Origin: Lachnospiraceae bacterium
GTDB taxonomy: Bacteria > Bacillota > Clostridia > Lachnospirales > Lachnospiraceae
DNA: 24,000 nucleotides
NCBI GenBank assembly: GCA_045596385.1
Contig: JAZOCC010000013.1
Span: forward strand, 18,818 to 42,817
Reading direction: 5' to 3'
The notes under the pieces were generated by a model. That model was not told where the DNA came from, did not search any database, and saw nothing but the letters and a program-made list of their open reading frames with translations. Shown piece by piece: positions 1 through 9,061 of the stretch (position 1 is the stretch's first letter; each line of letters starts with the position of its first letter). Position numbers and translations under genes: made by a program.

Positions 1-1531
1 CCACATAGATGTCCGCCTTGCCAAATTCCGGCTTTCCGCTGTCCTTTGTAATCACAAGCAGATACGGACTCTTAATCTTAAGGACAAACGGTTCGTCCCC
101 GGACTCTTCCGTGGCCATCCAGTTATGCGGAAGCACCGGTGTACGGAAATTGTCCAGATTCATCTCCACATAATGCAAGTCCCCATCGGTCTCCGTAAAT
201 CCTCCACAGGAAATCTCTGCTCCCGCGAAGCCGTCCTGACGGTCCAGTAAGCGCACATTCACAAACTCCGGACAAAATACGGTCTCAAGATCCCCATAGT
301 CCGGCTCCACACCCGCCGGGGCTGCATCTGCCTGCGCAAACAAATAGTCCAGGCTGTCTGCCATAATCCGGTGGCCGTCGCTGGTCGGATGATAAATGTC
401 ATAGAAGAACCGGTTCTTGGAAATTATGCGTCCACCGTCTGCCGGAAGGTAAAACTGCTCCACCACCGCATCCCTTACGCTCACCATCGGCAAATCGTAA
501 CGGACGCCTACCGGAGACAAGCGCTCCTGCAGATTCCAGTCGTTCTCGAATACAGAAAACAATAAAATCACCGCCGGTGCATTGTCAGAGAATAAAATCT
601 TACGAACCAACGTCTCGTAACAATCCCCCTTGGTCTCGTCACCCTCATCGTTTACCGCAAACTCCACAACGACTACATCCGGCTTATCACCTCTGCCGAG
701 CACATCACGCTCGTAACGAATCATGCCCAGCTCCGAGGACGTACCGCCCACGCCGGCTTTGGTATAATGCACATTATCACCTGTTCCGAACCGCGCACAG
801 AACCGGTCATAGGCCACCTTGGAATAGCAGGTCTTCTGACTCGGCGTAGCACCGGCACCCTCCGTAATAGAGCCTCCGATAAACGCCACCGTCACATCCT
901 CACCGGCCTTCGCCTTTTCGATAGCACGCTTTAAACGGACATTATTTCCCAAAGAAACAAAAGACTTTGCAATCATATCCCTGTATGCCGCACTGTCAAA
1001 ATCCACCGGTGCATCCGGAATAAACTCCGGCGCCGTGTAACCGTCATTCAAATACAGACATACGTGAATCGTAGCCACTTCCCAGTCGGCAGCAAAACGG
1101 AACATAAACTGTCCCACACAAATATCATCACCGTACCAGTCAATCTCAGACAGCGGAATCTCCACCTCCGAACCGTTGGTCACTACCTTCGTCACATGCT
1201 TTGTCCCACTCTCGAACATGTCGGTCTTGCCGTACATATGTAGCACAAACTCCGCTTCCTGCGTCGTATTCTCACAGGCAACGGACACACCTACGGAATG
1301 CACCAGCCTGCGAAATCCTTCTGCGGACTTCAGAAGCTCCAGTATCGCTTCATCCTCTACCCGGCCGATGGTCCTGGCATAATTAGCCAGTCTTCCGTTA
1401 TCCAAAAACAGCGGGCTCGCACTACCGCCTTCCGGCATCTTGTATGCCTCAATGGTCTTGTCATACAACAAAAAAATACTCGGACGCTTCTTTGTCGGGT
1501 CCTTCGGGGCCTTCGGTCCTCCGTTACTCAT
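1..1531 (-). CDS. SGNH/GDSL-family hydrolase (esterase/acylhydrolase); C-terminus runs off the left edge of the window
   Basis: Absent from the ORF track because it is open at the window edge. My own minus-strand translation from ATG 1531..1529 (SD GGAG in GGAGAACGGTATG) reads without a stop to position 1. It contains VAFIGGSITEG (GDS-type block I), VVVEFAVNDEG (block III-like) and YHPTSDGHRIMA (DxxH block V). Confidence 0.8.
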   Translation of the reverse strand, partial: MSNGGPKAPKDPTKKRPSIFLLYDKTIEAYKMPEGGSASPLFLDNGRLANYARTIGRVEDEAILELLKSAEGFRRLVHSVGVSVACENTTQEAEFVLHMYGKTDMFESGTKHVTKVVTNGSEVEIPLSEIDWYGDDICVGQFMFRFAADWEVATIHVCLYLNDGYTAPEFIPDAPVDFDSAAYRDMIAKSFVSLGNNVRLKRAIEKAKAGEDVTVAFIGGSITEGAGATPSQKTCYSKVAYDRFCARFGTGDNVHYTKAGVGGTSSELGMIRYERDVLGRGDKPDVVVVEFAVNDEGDETKGDCYETLVRKILFSDNAPAVILLFSVFENDWNLQERLSPVGVRYDLPMVSVRDAVVEQFYLPADGGRIISKNRFFYDIYHPTSDGHRIMADSLDYLFAQADAAPAGVEPDYGDLETVFCPEFVNVRLLDRQDGFAGAEISCGGFTETDGDLHYVEMNLDNFRTPVLPHNWMATEESGDEPFVLKIKSPYLLVITKDSGKPEFGKADIYV

Positions 1532-1587
1532 ACCGTTCTCCTTCCCGGATGCTCCGGCCTTCCGTGCCGTCGCATTCCACGCGTTTA

Positions 1588-1601
1588 TGTAAACGCTTTC
1601 A
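1588..1601. promoter_or_regulatory. cre-like (CcpA catabolite-responsive element) operator in the 5' leader of the SGNH hydrolase gene
   Basis: TGTAAACGCTTTCA matches every constrained position of the Firmicute cre consensus TGWAANCGNTNWCA. It overlaps the palindrome GCGTTTA-tg-TAAACGC (1581..1596) and lies between the predicted -10 (1621..1626) and the start codon (1531). Confidence 0.4.
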
Positions 1602-1620
1602 TCACACATTTATAGAACTT

Positions 1621-1649
1621 ACTATACACGATTTCCGGAAAAATTTCAA
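1621..1649 (-). promoter_or_regulatory. sigma-A type promoter for the SGNH hydrolase gene
   Basis: On the minus strand: TTGAAA (1649..1644), a 17-nt spacer, then TATAGT (1626..1621), about 90 nt upstream of the ATG. Confidence 0.45.
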
Positions 1650-1697
1650 TTCAAAAAGTGAGGAATGAACAAAGATTCTTGCTTGTGCGATTCTCCT

Positions 1698-1742
1698 CCT
1701 GCGGCGGGTCGCTTCAAACGACAACTTCCAATCCGCCGCAGG
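1698..1742 (-). terminator. Stem-loop just downstream of the CDF transporter stop (possible terminator; no clean U-tract)
   Basis: Perfect 10-bp arms CCTGCGGCGG (1698..1707) and CCGCCGCAGG (1733..1742), with an inner GTCG/CGAC stem. It starts 12 nt after the stop at 1754. The U-run is weak. Confidence 0.35.
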
Positions 1743-1753
1743 GTACTTTCTTC

Positions 1754-2653
1754 TTACCGGGCGTTTTCCTCCTCCGGACCAATCTCATATCGGATTTGCA
1801 TCATTACCTTTCCTATTCCGAAGGTTCCGCAGCACATTCTTGTCTGCCGGTCCAACAACATCAAATCCTCCGTCCCCACCTCCTCATAAAGCACCATACA
1901 CACTTCCGCATTTTTGTCCTCTCCGTCCAAGGAATATACCCGAAGTTCTTCAACCACCCCCACAGCATTTAACTCCGTTAAGGCCTCCTGCAATCGTCTG
2001 TACTCCCACAGTTCTAATGGCGACCGCAATGTAATAATCCCGAAAATTTTTCTCAGATTACGTAAAACACCCACAAAAATCACAAACGTCATCCCGATGG
2101 ACAACACAGAATCCAGTACCGGCAGCTCATAAAAGCACATCACCGCACCTACCGCCAATACCGCCACCCAGGTCAGCACATCCTCTAACATATGCATACT
2201 GATGGTTTTCTCATTGATACTTTTTCCCCTTGCGGTCAACAGCATGGCAATTCCGTTTATCAGAATCCCGAACACCGCAAATACAAGCATCCCTTTTCCG
2301 TTAATGGGACGCGGGTCAAAAAAGCGCTGCACCGAGGTCACAATCAGGATTACTCCGCCCATCAGCAGAATCATATTATTGATAAGCCCCGCCACCACGG
2401 AAAATCGACGATATCCGAACTGATACCGCTCATTGGCCGGACGTCCCGACAGTTTCTCCATCCGCCAGGCCATCCCTAACGCAATGCAATCCCCGAAATC
2501 ATGGATGGCATCCGACAGAATCGTCACACTTCCGGTCAGTACACTTCCGGCAATCTCTACAAACGTAAATAACAAATTCAAAAGAAATGCTACCAGAATC
2601 CGGGTCTCCGCCCCCTTCCCGGCATGCGTCGCTTTCCGTATTCTCTTTTTCAT
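1754..2653 (-). CDS. Cation diffusion facilitator (CDF) family divalent-metal efflux transporter (CzcD/ZitB-like)
   Basis: 299-aa ORF starting at ATG. TM2 carries LSDAIHDFGD and TM5 carries HMLEDV (HxxxD), the paired CDF metal-site motifs. There are six hydrophobic segments and a C-terminal cytoplasmic domain. Confidence 0.9.
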   Translation of the reverse strand: MKKRIRKATHAGKGAETRILVAFLLNLLFTFVEIAGSVLTGSVTILSDAIHDFGDCIALGMAWRMEKLSGRPANERYQFGYRRFSVVAGLINNMILLMGGVILIVTSVQRFFDPRPINGKGMLVFAVFGILINGIAMLLTARGKSINEKTISMHMLEDVLTWVAVLAVGAVMCFYELPVLDSVLSIGMTFVIFVGVLRNLRKIFGIITLRSPLELWEYRRLQEALTELNAVGVVEELRVYSLDGEDKNAEVCMVLYEEVGTEDLMLLDRQTRMCCGTFGIGKVMMQIRYEIGPEEENAR

Positions 2654-2740
2654 AAAAAGGGACCGCCCTTTCCTACACTTACCTTACAGTGTATTCGGAA
2701 AAGACGGTTCCTGTTCTCCTATCAAACTTCTATTTTTCTT

Positions 2741-3502
2741 TTAGTAAATAAACAACTGGGTAAAATAGTTCACACCGCGGGCATTCTGCCGGTAGCCGAC
2801 ACCGAGCTGTGTAAACTTAGCGTTTAAGATATTTGCACGGTGTCCGGCAGAATTCATCCAAGCGGTCACTACCTCTTCCGGCGACTTCTGTCCCCAGGCG
2901 ATATTTTCCCCGGAGTAGCGGTAGGTAATTCCATGCTCCGCAAACACGGTGGAAAAATATCTTCCGTCCGGACGGGTATGGGAAAATGACTGTTCAATCT
3001 CCACGGCACGTACCTGCGCCGCCTTGCTGAGCTTTGCGGAATAGGTCACCGGTGCCAGTCCCGCTTCCGTGCGGTGCATATTTACCAGTTCCGTAATCCG
3101 AAGGCCGTACGCATAGGCTTGGTCCTGTACCTCCGGTGTTACCTCAGGTGCTTCCTCCGGCAGTTCCGGTACACCCGGAAGATTCGGCACATTCCAATCC
3201 GGTTGTTCTGTTTCCGGAATGTCCTCCTCCGGCGTACCCGGCTGCTCCGGTACATTTTCCTCCGGTGCCTCCGGCTGCTCCGGCAGTTCTACCTCCGGCA
3301 GATTGCCGCAATTCCATTTGGAAATCAAATCACGAATACTTTCACAGCCGTTCATCTGAAGTATCTTATCCTTTAATTCCTCTACGGTAGCGCAGTCTGC
3401 TTTCATTGTGTTTATCGGAAACATCGCTGCCTGGGCCTCCGATACGCCTCCCGTTGCAATTAACAGCGCTGCCGCAATTGCACATACGCCTGCTTTTCTC
3501 AT
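2741..3502 (-). CDS. Secreted CAP/SCP-domain protein (YkwD-like) with a Pro/Glu-rich linker
   Basis: The start was moved to ATG 3502, which has a strong SD (GAAAGGAGAAACTTATG) and a signal peptide MRKAGVCAIAAALLIATGGVSEAQA. CAP motifs are YSGENIAWG and WMNSAGHRANIL. The track's longer ORF (to 3649) would read through an upstream terminator. Confidence 0.85.
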   Translation of the reverse strand: MRKAGVCAIAAALLIATGGVSEAQAAMFPINTMKADCATVEELKDKILQMNGCESIRDLISKWNCGNLPEVELPEQPEAPEENVPEQPGTPEEDIPETEQPDWNVPNLPGVPELPEEAPEVTPEVQDQAYAYGLRITELVNMHRTEAGLAPVTYSAKLSKAAQVRAVEIEQSFSHTRPDGRYFSTVFAEHGITYRYSGENIAWGQKSPEEVVTAWMNSAGHRANILNAKFTQLGVGYRQNARGVNYFTQLFIY

Positions 3503-3619
3503 AAGTTTCTCCTTTCTGACTCTCCAACCAGTTACACGTATCCCCTGTATGGTACGGGTTCCCCGCCACACCGCTATCCTACCACAAAAAACCTCCCAAA
3601 GTACATAGGAGATGCATGG

Positions 3620-3645
3620 AAAAAGGCGCAGGATTTTCCTACGCC
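3620..3645 (-). terminator. Rho-independent terminator of the MoxR-DUF58-transglutaminase operon
   Basis: The minus-strand RNA is GGCGUAGG-AAAAU-CCUGCGCC followed by UUUUU. This is an 8-bp stem with one G-U pair, 14 nt after the stop at 3659. Confidence 0.6.
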
Positions 3646-3658
3646 TCATCTCTGATTT

Positions 3659-6364
3659 CTATTCTCTGTCGTCTTCCTTTGCCCGTTCGTACAACACCTT
3701 ATGGTATACCTGCTTACAGAACTCCACTTCCTCGTCCGTAAACTCGTTGTAGGAAAAGGCCGCTGCCTTTACCAGATGCATATATCGTTCCCGTTCTTCC
3801 CTGGACAGCACCGCACTGTATTTGCGCAATACCTCATCGTATTCCTCATCCCGTAAAAAGCGCTGATAGAATTTACCCTTTCCGTGTAGCTTACGATACA
3901 GCCTTTGATTCAACAGTTTGATTTTCTGCCGGTTGCCGAAGCGTTTCATCTTCTTCAAAAGCTTCCGTTCATCCGCATCTCCCCTCTTTCTCCGGAAGAA
4001 ATCGGACAACGGCACAATCACACCGAGGAATATGCCCACCACCGGTAATGCCAGCAAAAGAACCACCGGATTTACACTCAAATCTACCTTCGTTTCGTCC
4101 TTCCTTTTCTCTTCTTCCTGCGCTGCAGGCGTAGCTTCCCCGGTCGGTGTCGGTGTAGTTGCGCCTCCCACCTGGGATTCACTGCTTCCGCCCGCTTCAG
4201 ATGACGACGAACTGCCACCCTGCGTTCCGGACGGTGTCACGGATGGGTCCGGTGTCGGCGTCGGTGCCGGCGTCACAAACGGAAGCGTATGATGCCAGAA
4301 AAAACTATTCCCGTTCCCAGCCATATGCTCCGGCCAGTTTTCCTTCACTACCTTATACGCTCCGGTCTCGGTCTGCACATAGCTCTGCGTACCGGAAGGC
4401 ATGACACTGTAGCCCTTGGTGACCTCCACCGGTATCCACCCGACGCCCTCCAGATAAATCTCAACCCAGGCGTGAGCGGCACTATCCTTCACTACCGCCT
4501 CATACATCCGGCTCTCCGTATTATAGTTAAAACTGCCTGCCACATAACCGGATACGTACCGGGCCGGAACGCCCAGTTCCCGTAAAATCAGTACCGACGC
4601 CCCGGCATAGTGCATGCAGTAGCCCTGCCTGCTTGTTCCCAGGAAAAACTCCACCGGGTCGCTTCCCTTCGGCAACTCCGGCAACTCCAAACTGTAGGTC
4701 GTGTTCCGGCGCATCCAGTCCGCCACCTGATAAGCCTTGTTGATGCGGTCGAAATTCACCGAAAACCTTCCTTCGATCCGGAAGAAATCCCGTTCCCAGT
4801 TTCGTATTTCCTCCGCCACCGCCTTTACCTGCGTCATATCCTCCGGTACCGTCAGATATGCCTGCGTCACATAGGTCTCGTACCACTGCTCCCAGGCCTC
4901 TTTCTCCCATGCACTGTCGGTTTCGGTTCCCCGGAACATGATAGCAATCAATTCATCCACATCGTAATTCCAAAGAGCAAAGGGAACCTTCGTAAGATTC
5001 TTCTCCTTAATATACCGGCTGTCTCCCTCTGCCTGTACACCCTCTGCCGACATCTCCGCAAAATACGGCATATACGCCTTGATGCGGTTTGCCTTCGCAT
5101 AATACATCCAGCCGTTAATTCCCCGATAAGAGAACTCCGCCAGAGACTCCTTTCCGTAACGCTGCGCCACCCGGTCGGCCGCCAGCGTAATCAAACTGTC
5201 TGCCACATATTCCGGACTGTAACCTGCTTTTTCACAAATCTTCTCAAACTTCTTTACATCGGTATCCCATACCCCGTCCTCATAGGCATCCGCATAAAAC
5301 CCGATAAAATACGCACCGGAGGACGGCTTTTTCTCCAACGCCACCTTCAGTACCGTCACTTCCTCGTACTCCGGCGTTTCGTTATCCAGTTTAGCATAAT
5401 TGCTCTCCGGTATATTTCCGGTATCGATTTCCTTACGTTCCAAAAAATTCCGTACCGCACGTTCCACCGACTTTGCCACATTTACCTCCTGCCAGCCGGT
5501 CCACTCGGTAATCTGTTCCATAATCTCTTTGTTCTTTTGTTTTACCTTCCGTGCTCCGTCATCTACCGTCTCCTCTGCAGATGATGTTCCCGTACGGGTA
5601 ATGACAAGACACAACACCGCCGTCGCAAGCATCACAGGCACCCAGAAAAACGGCGTAAACTTCCCCGCCTCCCGGCCGTGCTTATCCGGGGCCGCCAAAA
5701 ATTCCGGTCTCCGGAAAGACGCCGCATTGGTCAAAAATACTGCAGCAAGTGCTACAAGCATACTAAGCCCCGTCGGTGTCACTCCTACAAAAAGCCCTGC
5801 CACCAGTGCAAGAAACGGCACAAGTACCGCTACACCGGCCCTCTTCCGCACCCTGCCGTACCATACCAAAAGAAAACAAAGCAACCCGGCCGCAAAGCCT
5901 ACAGCCTCTTCAAGAAGCAACACATCCCCTGACTCTAACCGGAAGGAGGTTCCGTAATATTTGTTCCATCGACTCAGATAATCGTTTCCTGCGGCTGCCA
6001 GACCGAATAAAACCTTTTCTCCCTGCTTTGTCCGTAACAGATGGAAAAGACTTCCTGCCGTGCCGGCTGCCAAAATCCCACCTCGGGTCAACGTCCTCAA
6101 CCACGGCTTGAACAGGCCTGTCACTTCTATCAAACCACTCACAAGCACCGTCACAAACAAAATCCGGAACAGCATCCCCGACGTCAGAAGCTGCCACTCA
6201 AACATGCTTTGCAGCATTCCGAAGGCCGCCCCGAACAAGAAAATCGTGCACAACAAAAACAGGGAAAACTCTCCAAGAAAAGAGCGTTCCGTTCCGAAAA
6301 ACGAAAGATGAAATTGTCTGATTCCGACAGGCGTATCCCATCGTACTTTTCGAGTTTTCTTCAT
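3659..6364 (-). CDS. Large polytopic transglutaminase-like membrane protein (TgpA-like; C-terminal DUF4129-like tail)
   Basis: The transglutaminase core is GYCMHYAGASVLILRELGVPARYVSGY (Cys) plus AHAWVEIYLEGVGWIPVEVT (His; the usual Asp position reads Glu). It has multiple N-terminal TM helices, a Pro/Thr/Ser/Gly-rich linker, one further TM helix and a basic cytoplasmic tail. The track start 6373 is GTG; I prefer ATG 6364, 5 nt after AGGTGG. The start is uncertain by 9 nt. Confidence 0.85.
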   Translation of the reverse strand: MKKTRKVRWDTPVGIRQFHLSFFGTERSFLGEFSLFLLCTIFLFGAAFGMLQSMFEWQLLTSGMLFRILFVTVLVSGLIEVTGLFKPWLRTLTRGGILAAGTAGSLFHLLRTKQGEKVLFGLAAAGNDYLSRWNKYYGTSFRLESGDVLLLEEAVGFAAGLLCFLLVWYGRVRKRAGVAVLVPFLALVAGLFVGVTPTGLSMLVALAAVFLTNAASFRRPEFLAAPDKHGREAGKFTPFFWVPVMLATAVLCLVITRTGTSSAEETVDDGARKVKQKNKEIMEQITEWTGWQEVNVAKSVERAVRNFLERKEIDTGNIPESNYAKLDNETPEYEEVTVLKVALEKKPSSGAYFIGFYADAYEDGVWDTDVKKFEKICEKAGYSPEYVADSLITLAADRVAQRYGKESLAEFSYRGINGWMYYAKANRIKAYMPYFAEMSAEGVQAEGDSRYIKEKNLTKVPFALWNYDVDELIAIMFRGTETDSAWEKEAWEQWYETYVTQAYLTVPEDMTQVKAVAEEIRNWERDFFRIEGRFSVNFDRINKAYQVADWMRRNTTYSLELPELPKGSDPVEFFLGTSRQGYCMHYAGASVLILRELGVPARYVSGYVAGSFNYNTESRMYEAVVKDSAAHAWVEIYLEGVGWIPVEVTKGYSVMPSGTQSYVQTETGAYKVVKENWPEHMAGNGNSFFWHHTLPFVTPAPTPTPDPSVTPSGTQGGSSSSSEAGGSSESQVGGATTPTPTGEATPAAQEEEKRKDETKVDLSVNPVVLLLALPVVGIFLGVIVPLSDFFRRKRGDADERKLLKKMKRFGNRQKIKLLNQRLYRKLHGKGKFYQRFLRDEEYDEVLRKYSAVLSREERERYMHLVKAAAFSYNEFTDEEVEFCKQVYHKVLYERAKEDDRE

Positions 6365-6375
6365 CACATCCACCT

Positions 6376-7485
6376 TTACAATACCAGTTCCACCTGCATA
6401 AGCGACTGCGCAACATCCTTATCGGACAACTGCGCCAGCACCTCGCCGTCCTTCTTTAACGTCAACATTTCATCTAAGGATATGCCCCATACATAAGGCT
6501 CCCGTTTATACTTTTCCTTATACCGGAGTATGATGTCCTCCTTGGGCTGCGTCCAAACGATATCCATCAGTATACTTAAGAAATAAAACAGCATTTCCTC
6601 GTCGTCCACCCGCAACCGCACAATATCCTGCAGTTCCTTATCAAACCAGACCACATAGTGCGGACAATCCGCATCGGTCAGGGAAAATACCAGTCCCGCA
6701 GCCACCTCCAGATACGGAATCATCCGTTCCTTCCTCTTCATCCGTTTGGTCGGATGCATATCCAGAAACAGCACCACAGGGCACCCCTTCGGCAAAGAAT
6801 GCTCCTTTACCATCAGCTCATCCTGCTTTGCCGTCAGCTTCCAGTGAATATTCTGCAAACGGTCTCCCTTTTGGTATTCTCTCACATCAAACAGCTCGTT
6901 GTTATCATGTCCCGGAAACATATCATCATAGGAATCCGTTTCTCCAAAGAAATTCCGCACCGCCAGACTGAGGCGCACCGGAATCTGATGAAGCCGCGGC
7001 ATTACCTGCACTTTCCGTTCGCTCTTTGCCCGCACCTTTCCCGAAAACAATCCGGTAAAATCATATACCTTTAACTTCTTTAACCGCACCTTGTAAGTAC
7101 CGGTACCGGCGAATGCCACGGACCTCATAAAGACCGTCTCTCCCCGCAAAACAGCGGCCGCCTTCATCCATTCCTTTGTCCTTTTTCCGGTACACTCATC
7201 CTCCACCGTCACAAGGGCTTCCAGACGGGCCATGGGCAAAAATCCCTTATTGGTAATCACCAGCTTTACCAGCGTCTCCTTGTCCGGCTCCGCAATGCCC
7301 ACCGGCACATCAAGACTTCCGCGAATGGTACATTTCCGGTAAATTACCGTAAAAAAAGACAGCACAAAAAGTGCTGCCTGTACATACACAAGTAACATTA
7401 ACTCCACACTCTCATATACCATTGCAAAATATCCCGTTGCCAGGATACTTCCTGCCAATACAAGAAAACTACCCACGATACTCAT
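6376..7485 (-). CDS. DUF58 family protein (vWA-like partner of MoxR ATPases) with two N-terminal TM helices
   Basis: DUF58 signature FDVREYQKGDRLQNIHWKLTAKQDELMVKEH. The ATG start overlaps the MoxR gene end by 17 nt, suggesting translational coupling. This is the classic MoxR-DUF58-TGase gene order. Confidence 0.8.
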   Translation of the reverse strand: MSIVGSFLVLAGSILATGYFAMVYESVELMLLVYVQAALFVLSFFTVIYRKCTIRGSLDVPVGIAEPDKETLVKLVITNKGFLPMARLEALVTVEDECTGKRTKEWMKAAAVLRGETVFMRSVAFAGTGTYKVRLKKLKVYDFTGLFSGKVRAKSERKVQVMPRLHQIPVRLSLAVRNFFGETDSYDDMFPGHDNNELFDVREYQKGDRLQNIHWKLTAKQDELMVKEHSLPKGCPVVLFLDMHPTKRMKRKERMIPYLEVAAGLVFSLTDADCPHYVVWFDKELQDIVRLRVDDEEMLFYFLSILMDIVWTQPKEDIILRYKEKYKREPYVWGISLDEMLTLKKDGEVLAQLSDKDVAQSLMQVELVL

Positions 7486-8497
7486 CCCTTTTCATGTAAG
7501 ATGCCGGCTGCTTCGTCTGGGCCAAAACCTCCTCCAGCACCGCTGCCTCCGTAACACGGGCCACTCTGGCCTTTGTATTTAACACGATACGATGCTTTGC
7601 GATATCCGGAAAAATGCTCACCACATCCTCCGGCAGCACATAATCCCTGCCCTCCAGATACGCCCAAGCCTTTGCCATACGTACCGCAGCAATGGAGCCG
7701 CGGGGACTTAATCCCAAATCGATATAAGCATGCTCTCTCGTACTTTTCGACAGCTGCGCCACATAAGAATAAATCGCATCGCTGACCTGCACTTTGTTTA
7801 CCTGATCCATGATTTCTAAGAGCTGTTCCCTGTCTATCACCGGACGCACCTCACGCTCCAAAGGGCCGCTCTTGCCCTTTAAAATCTCCACTTCATCCGC
7901 CACATCCGGATACCCCATACTCATACAAATCATAAAGCGGTCCAGCTGGGACTCCGGCAAAAGCTGGGTACCCGCACTTCCCTTCGGATTCTGGGTCGCC
8001 ATTACCACGAACGGCTCCGGTACCTTGCGGCTCTCGCTGTCCACCGTTACCTTACCCTCCTCCATTACCTCAAGAAGCGCCGACTGGGTCTTCGGGGAGG
8101 TACGGTTAATTTCGTCTGCCAGAAACAGATTACACATGATGGCACCTTCGTAATACACAAAGGTCCCGGTCTCCTTCTGGTACATGTTAAAGCCGAGAAT
8201 ATCCGCCGGCATGACATCCGGGGTAAACTGCACCCGATGGGTCTCCAGCGAAAGAGCCTTGGAAAAGGCCATCACAAGGGTCGTCTTTCCCACCCCCGGC
8301 ACATCCTCAATCAAAATATGACCGCCGGATAAAATCGCCGCAAAGGCCTTTTTGATACAATCATCCTTACCGGTCACCGCCTTCTTTACCTCACAAACCA
8401 CGCGGTACACCGTATCATTCATTCCTACGCCGCTTCCGCACTTTCCGCAAAAGCGCTCTCCCTTTGCAATGTGATTTCCGCACTTCTTACAAATCAT
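7469..8497 (-). CDS. MoxR-family AAA+ ATPase with an N-terminal zinc-ribbon
   Basis: Walker A is DVPGVGKTTL and Walker B/AAA_3 is LFLADEINRTSPKTQSALLEVMEE. The N-terminus MICKKCGNHIAKGERFCGKCG has a CxxC...CxxC pattern. SD AAGGGAG precedes ATG 8497. Confidence 0.9.
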   Translation of the reverse strand: MICKKCGNHIAKGERFCGKCGSGVGMNDTVYRVVCEVKKAVTGKDDCIKKAFAAILSGGHILIEDVPGVGKTTLVMAFSKALSLETHRVQFTPDVMPADILGFNMYQKETGTFVYYEGAIMCNLFLADEINRTSPKTQSALLEVMEEGKVTVDSESRKVPEPFVVMATQNPKGSAGTQLLPESQLDRFMICMSMGYPDVADEVEILKGKSGPLEREVRPVIDREQLLEIMDQVNKVQVSDAIYSYVAQLSKSTREHAYIDLGLSPRGSIAAVRMAKAWAYLEGRDYVLPEDVVSIFPDIAKHRIVLNTKARVARVTEAAVLEEVLAQTKQPASYMKRDEYRG

Positions 8498-8577
8498 GCC
8501 GTTACTCCCTTTCTATCTGCTGCTTTTGTCAAAACTGTCACGTTTGCTCAAATCGTTGCATTTATTAAAAATTCACG

Positions 8578-9048
8578 TTACTCTGCCTTTTTGGTCAATA
8601 ATTTTAACAGCGCCTGACAGCCCTTGGTTACATCCCGGTAAGTGGACGCGAAATCCCCGGTATACCACGGGTCCGCCACATCGAAACTCTCCCCCGCAAA
8701 GGTCAGGAGCTTATAAATCTTCCCCTCCGGATCCCCGTCCGCAATCCGGTTCATATTGCGGATATTGGCCGTATCCATTCCAATCAGATAATCGTAATAC
8801 TCATAATCCGCCTTAGTCATCTGCACCGCACGATGCGGCACCACCGGCACGCCCCGGTACCGAAGCTCATTCACCGTACCGTAGTGAGGTGAATTGCCGA
8901 TTTCCTCGCGGCTGGTTGCCGCGGAATTAATCTCAAACAAATGCTCCAAGTGAGCCTCCCTCACCAGGTGGGTCAAGACGCTCTCCGCCATGGTGGAACG
9001 ACAAATATTGCCGTGGCAAACGAATAATATCTTAATTTTCTCACTCAT
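8578..9048 (-). CDS. Low-molecular-weight protein-tyrosine phosphatase
   Basis: The P-loop is ILFVCHGNICRSTMAE (CX5R-S) and the Asp loop is DVADPWY. Length is 156 aa. SD GGGAGAGGG precedes ATG 9048, 13 nt after the upstream gene stop. Confidence 0.9.
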   Translation of the reverse strand: MSEKIKILFVCHGNICRSTMAESVLTHLVREAHLEHLFEINSAATSREEIGNSPHYGTVNELRYRGVPVVPHRAVQMTKADYEYYDYLIGMDTANIRNMNRIADGDPEGKIYKLLTFAGESFDVADPWYTGDFASTYRDVTKGCQALLKLLTKKAE

Positions 9049-9061
9049 ATAAACCCTCTCC

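Noticed and set aside
2654-2673. Small hairpin AAAGGG-cggt-CCCTTT plus TTTTT immediately upstream of the CDF start codon, as a terminator or attenuator
   Set aside because: The stem is only 6 bp and AT-rich at its base, and it overlaps the only purine-rich SD candidate for the CDF gene. I cannot tell a weak terminator of the CAP gene from coincidence.
3120-3300. Apparent tandem repetition (CCGGCTGCTCCGG-type units) on the plus strand
   Set aside because: It is explained by the Pro/Glu-rich low-complexity linker (PEQPEAPEENVPEQPGTPEE...) of the CAP-domain protein on the minus strand. It is not an independent repeat element or a CRISPR array.
3503-3649. N-terminal extension of the CAP-domain ORF (track start 3649, MRRRKILRLF...)
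   Set aside because: The extension overlaps the terminator hairpin at 3620..3645 and has no SD. The internal ATG 3502 has a strong AGGAG SD and is followed immediately by a signal peptide.
4610-5584. Long plus-strand ORFs antisense to the minus-strand genes (e.g. 4610..5584 at 324 aa, 5400..5957, 6041..6496, 9413..9850, 10282..10839, 11461..11943, 22479..23165)
   Set aside because: These are shadow ORFs opposite well-supported genes with recognisable domains. Their translations are low-complexity (R/H/L/P- or F/I/L-rich), with no recognisable motifs and no SD.
8498-8577. Independent promoter for the MoxR operon (a TTGACA hexamer is present on the minus strand)
   Set aside because: No acceptable -10 lies at 16-19 nt spacing and no terminator follows the PTP gene, so co-transcription from the 10.1-kb promoter seems more likely.
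8578-9048. Arsenate reductase (ArsC, LMW-PTP fold) instead of a tyrosine phosphatase
   Set aside because: It lacks the additional Cys pair (Cys82/Cys89 equivalents) of thioredoxin-coupled ArsC. It has the PTP Asp loop (DPWY), and there are no ars genes nearby.
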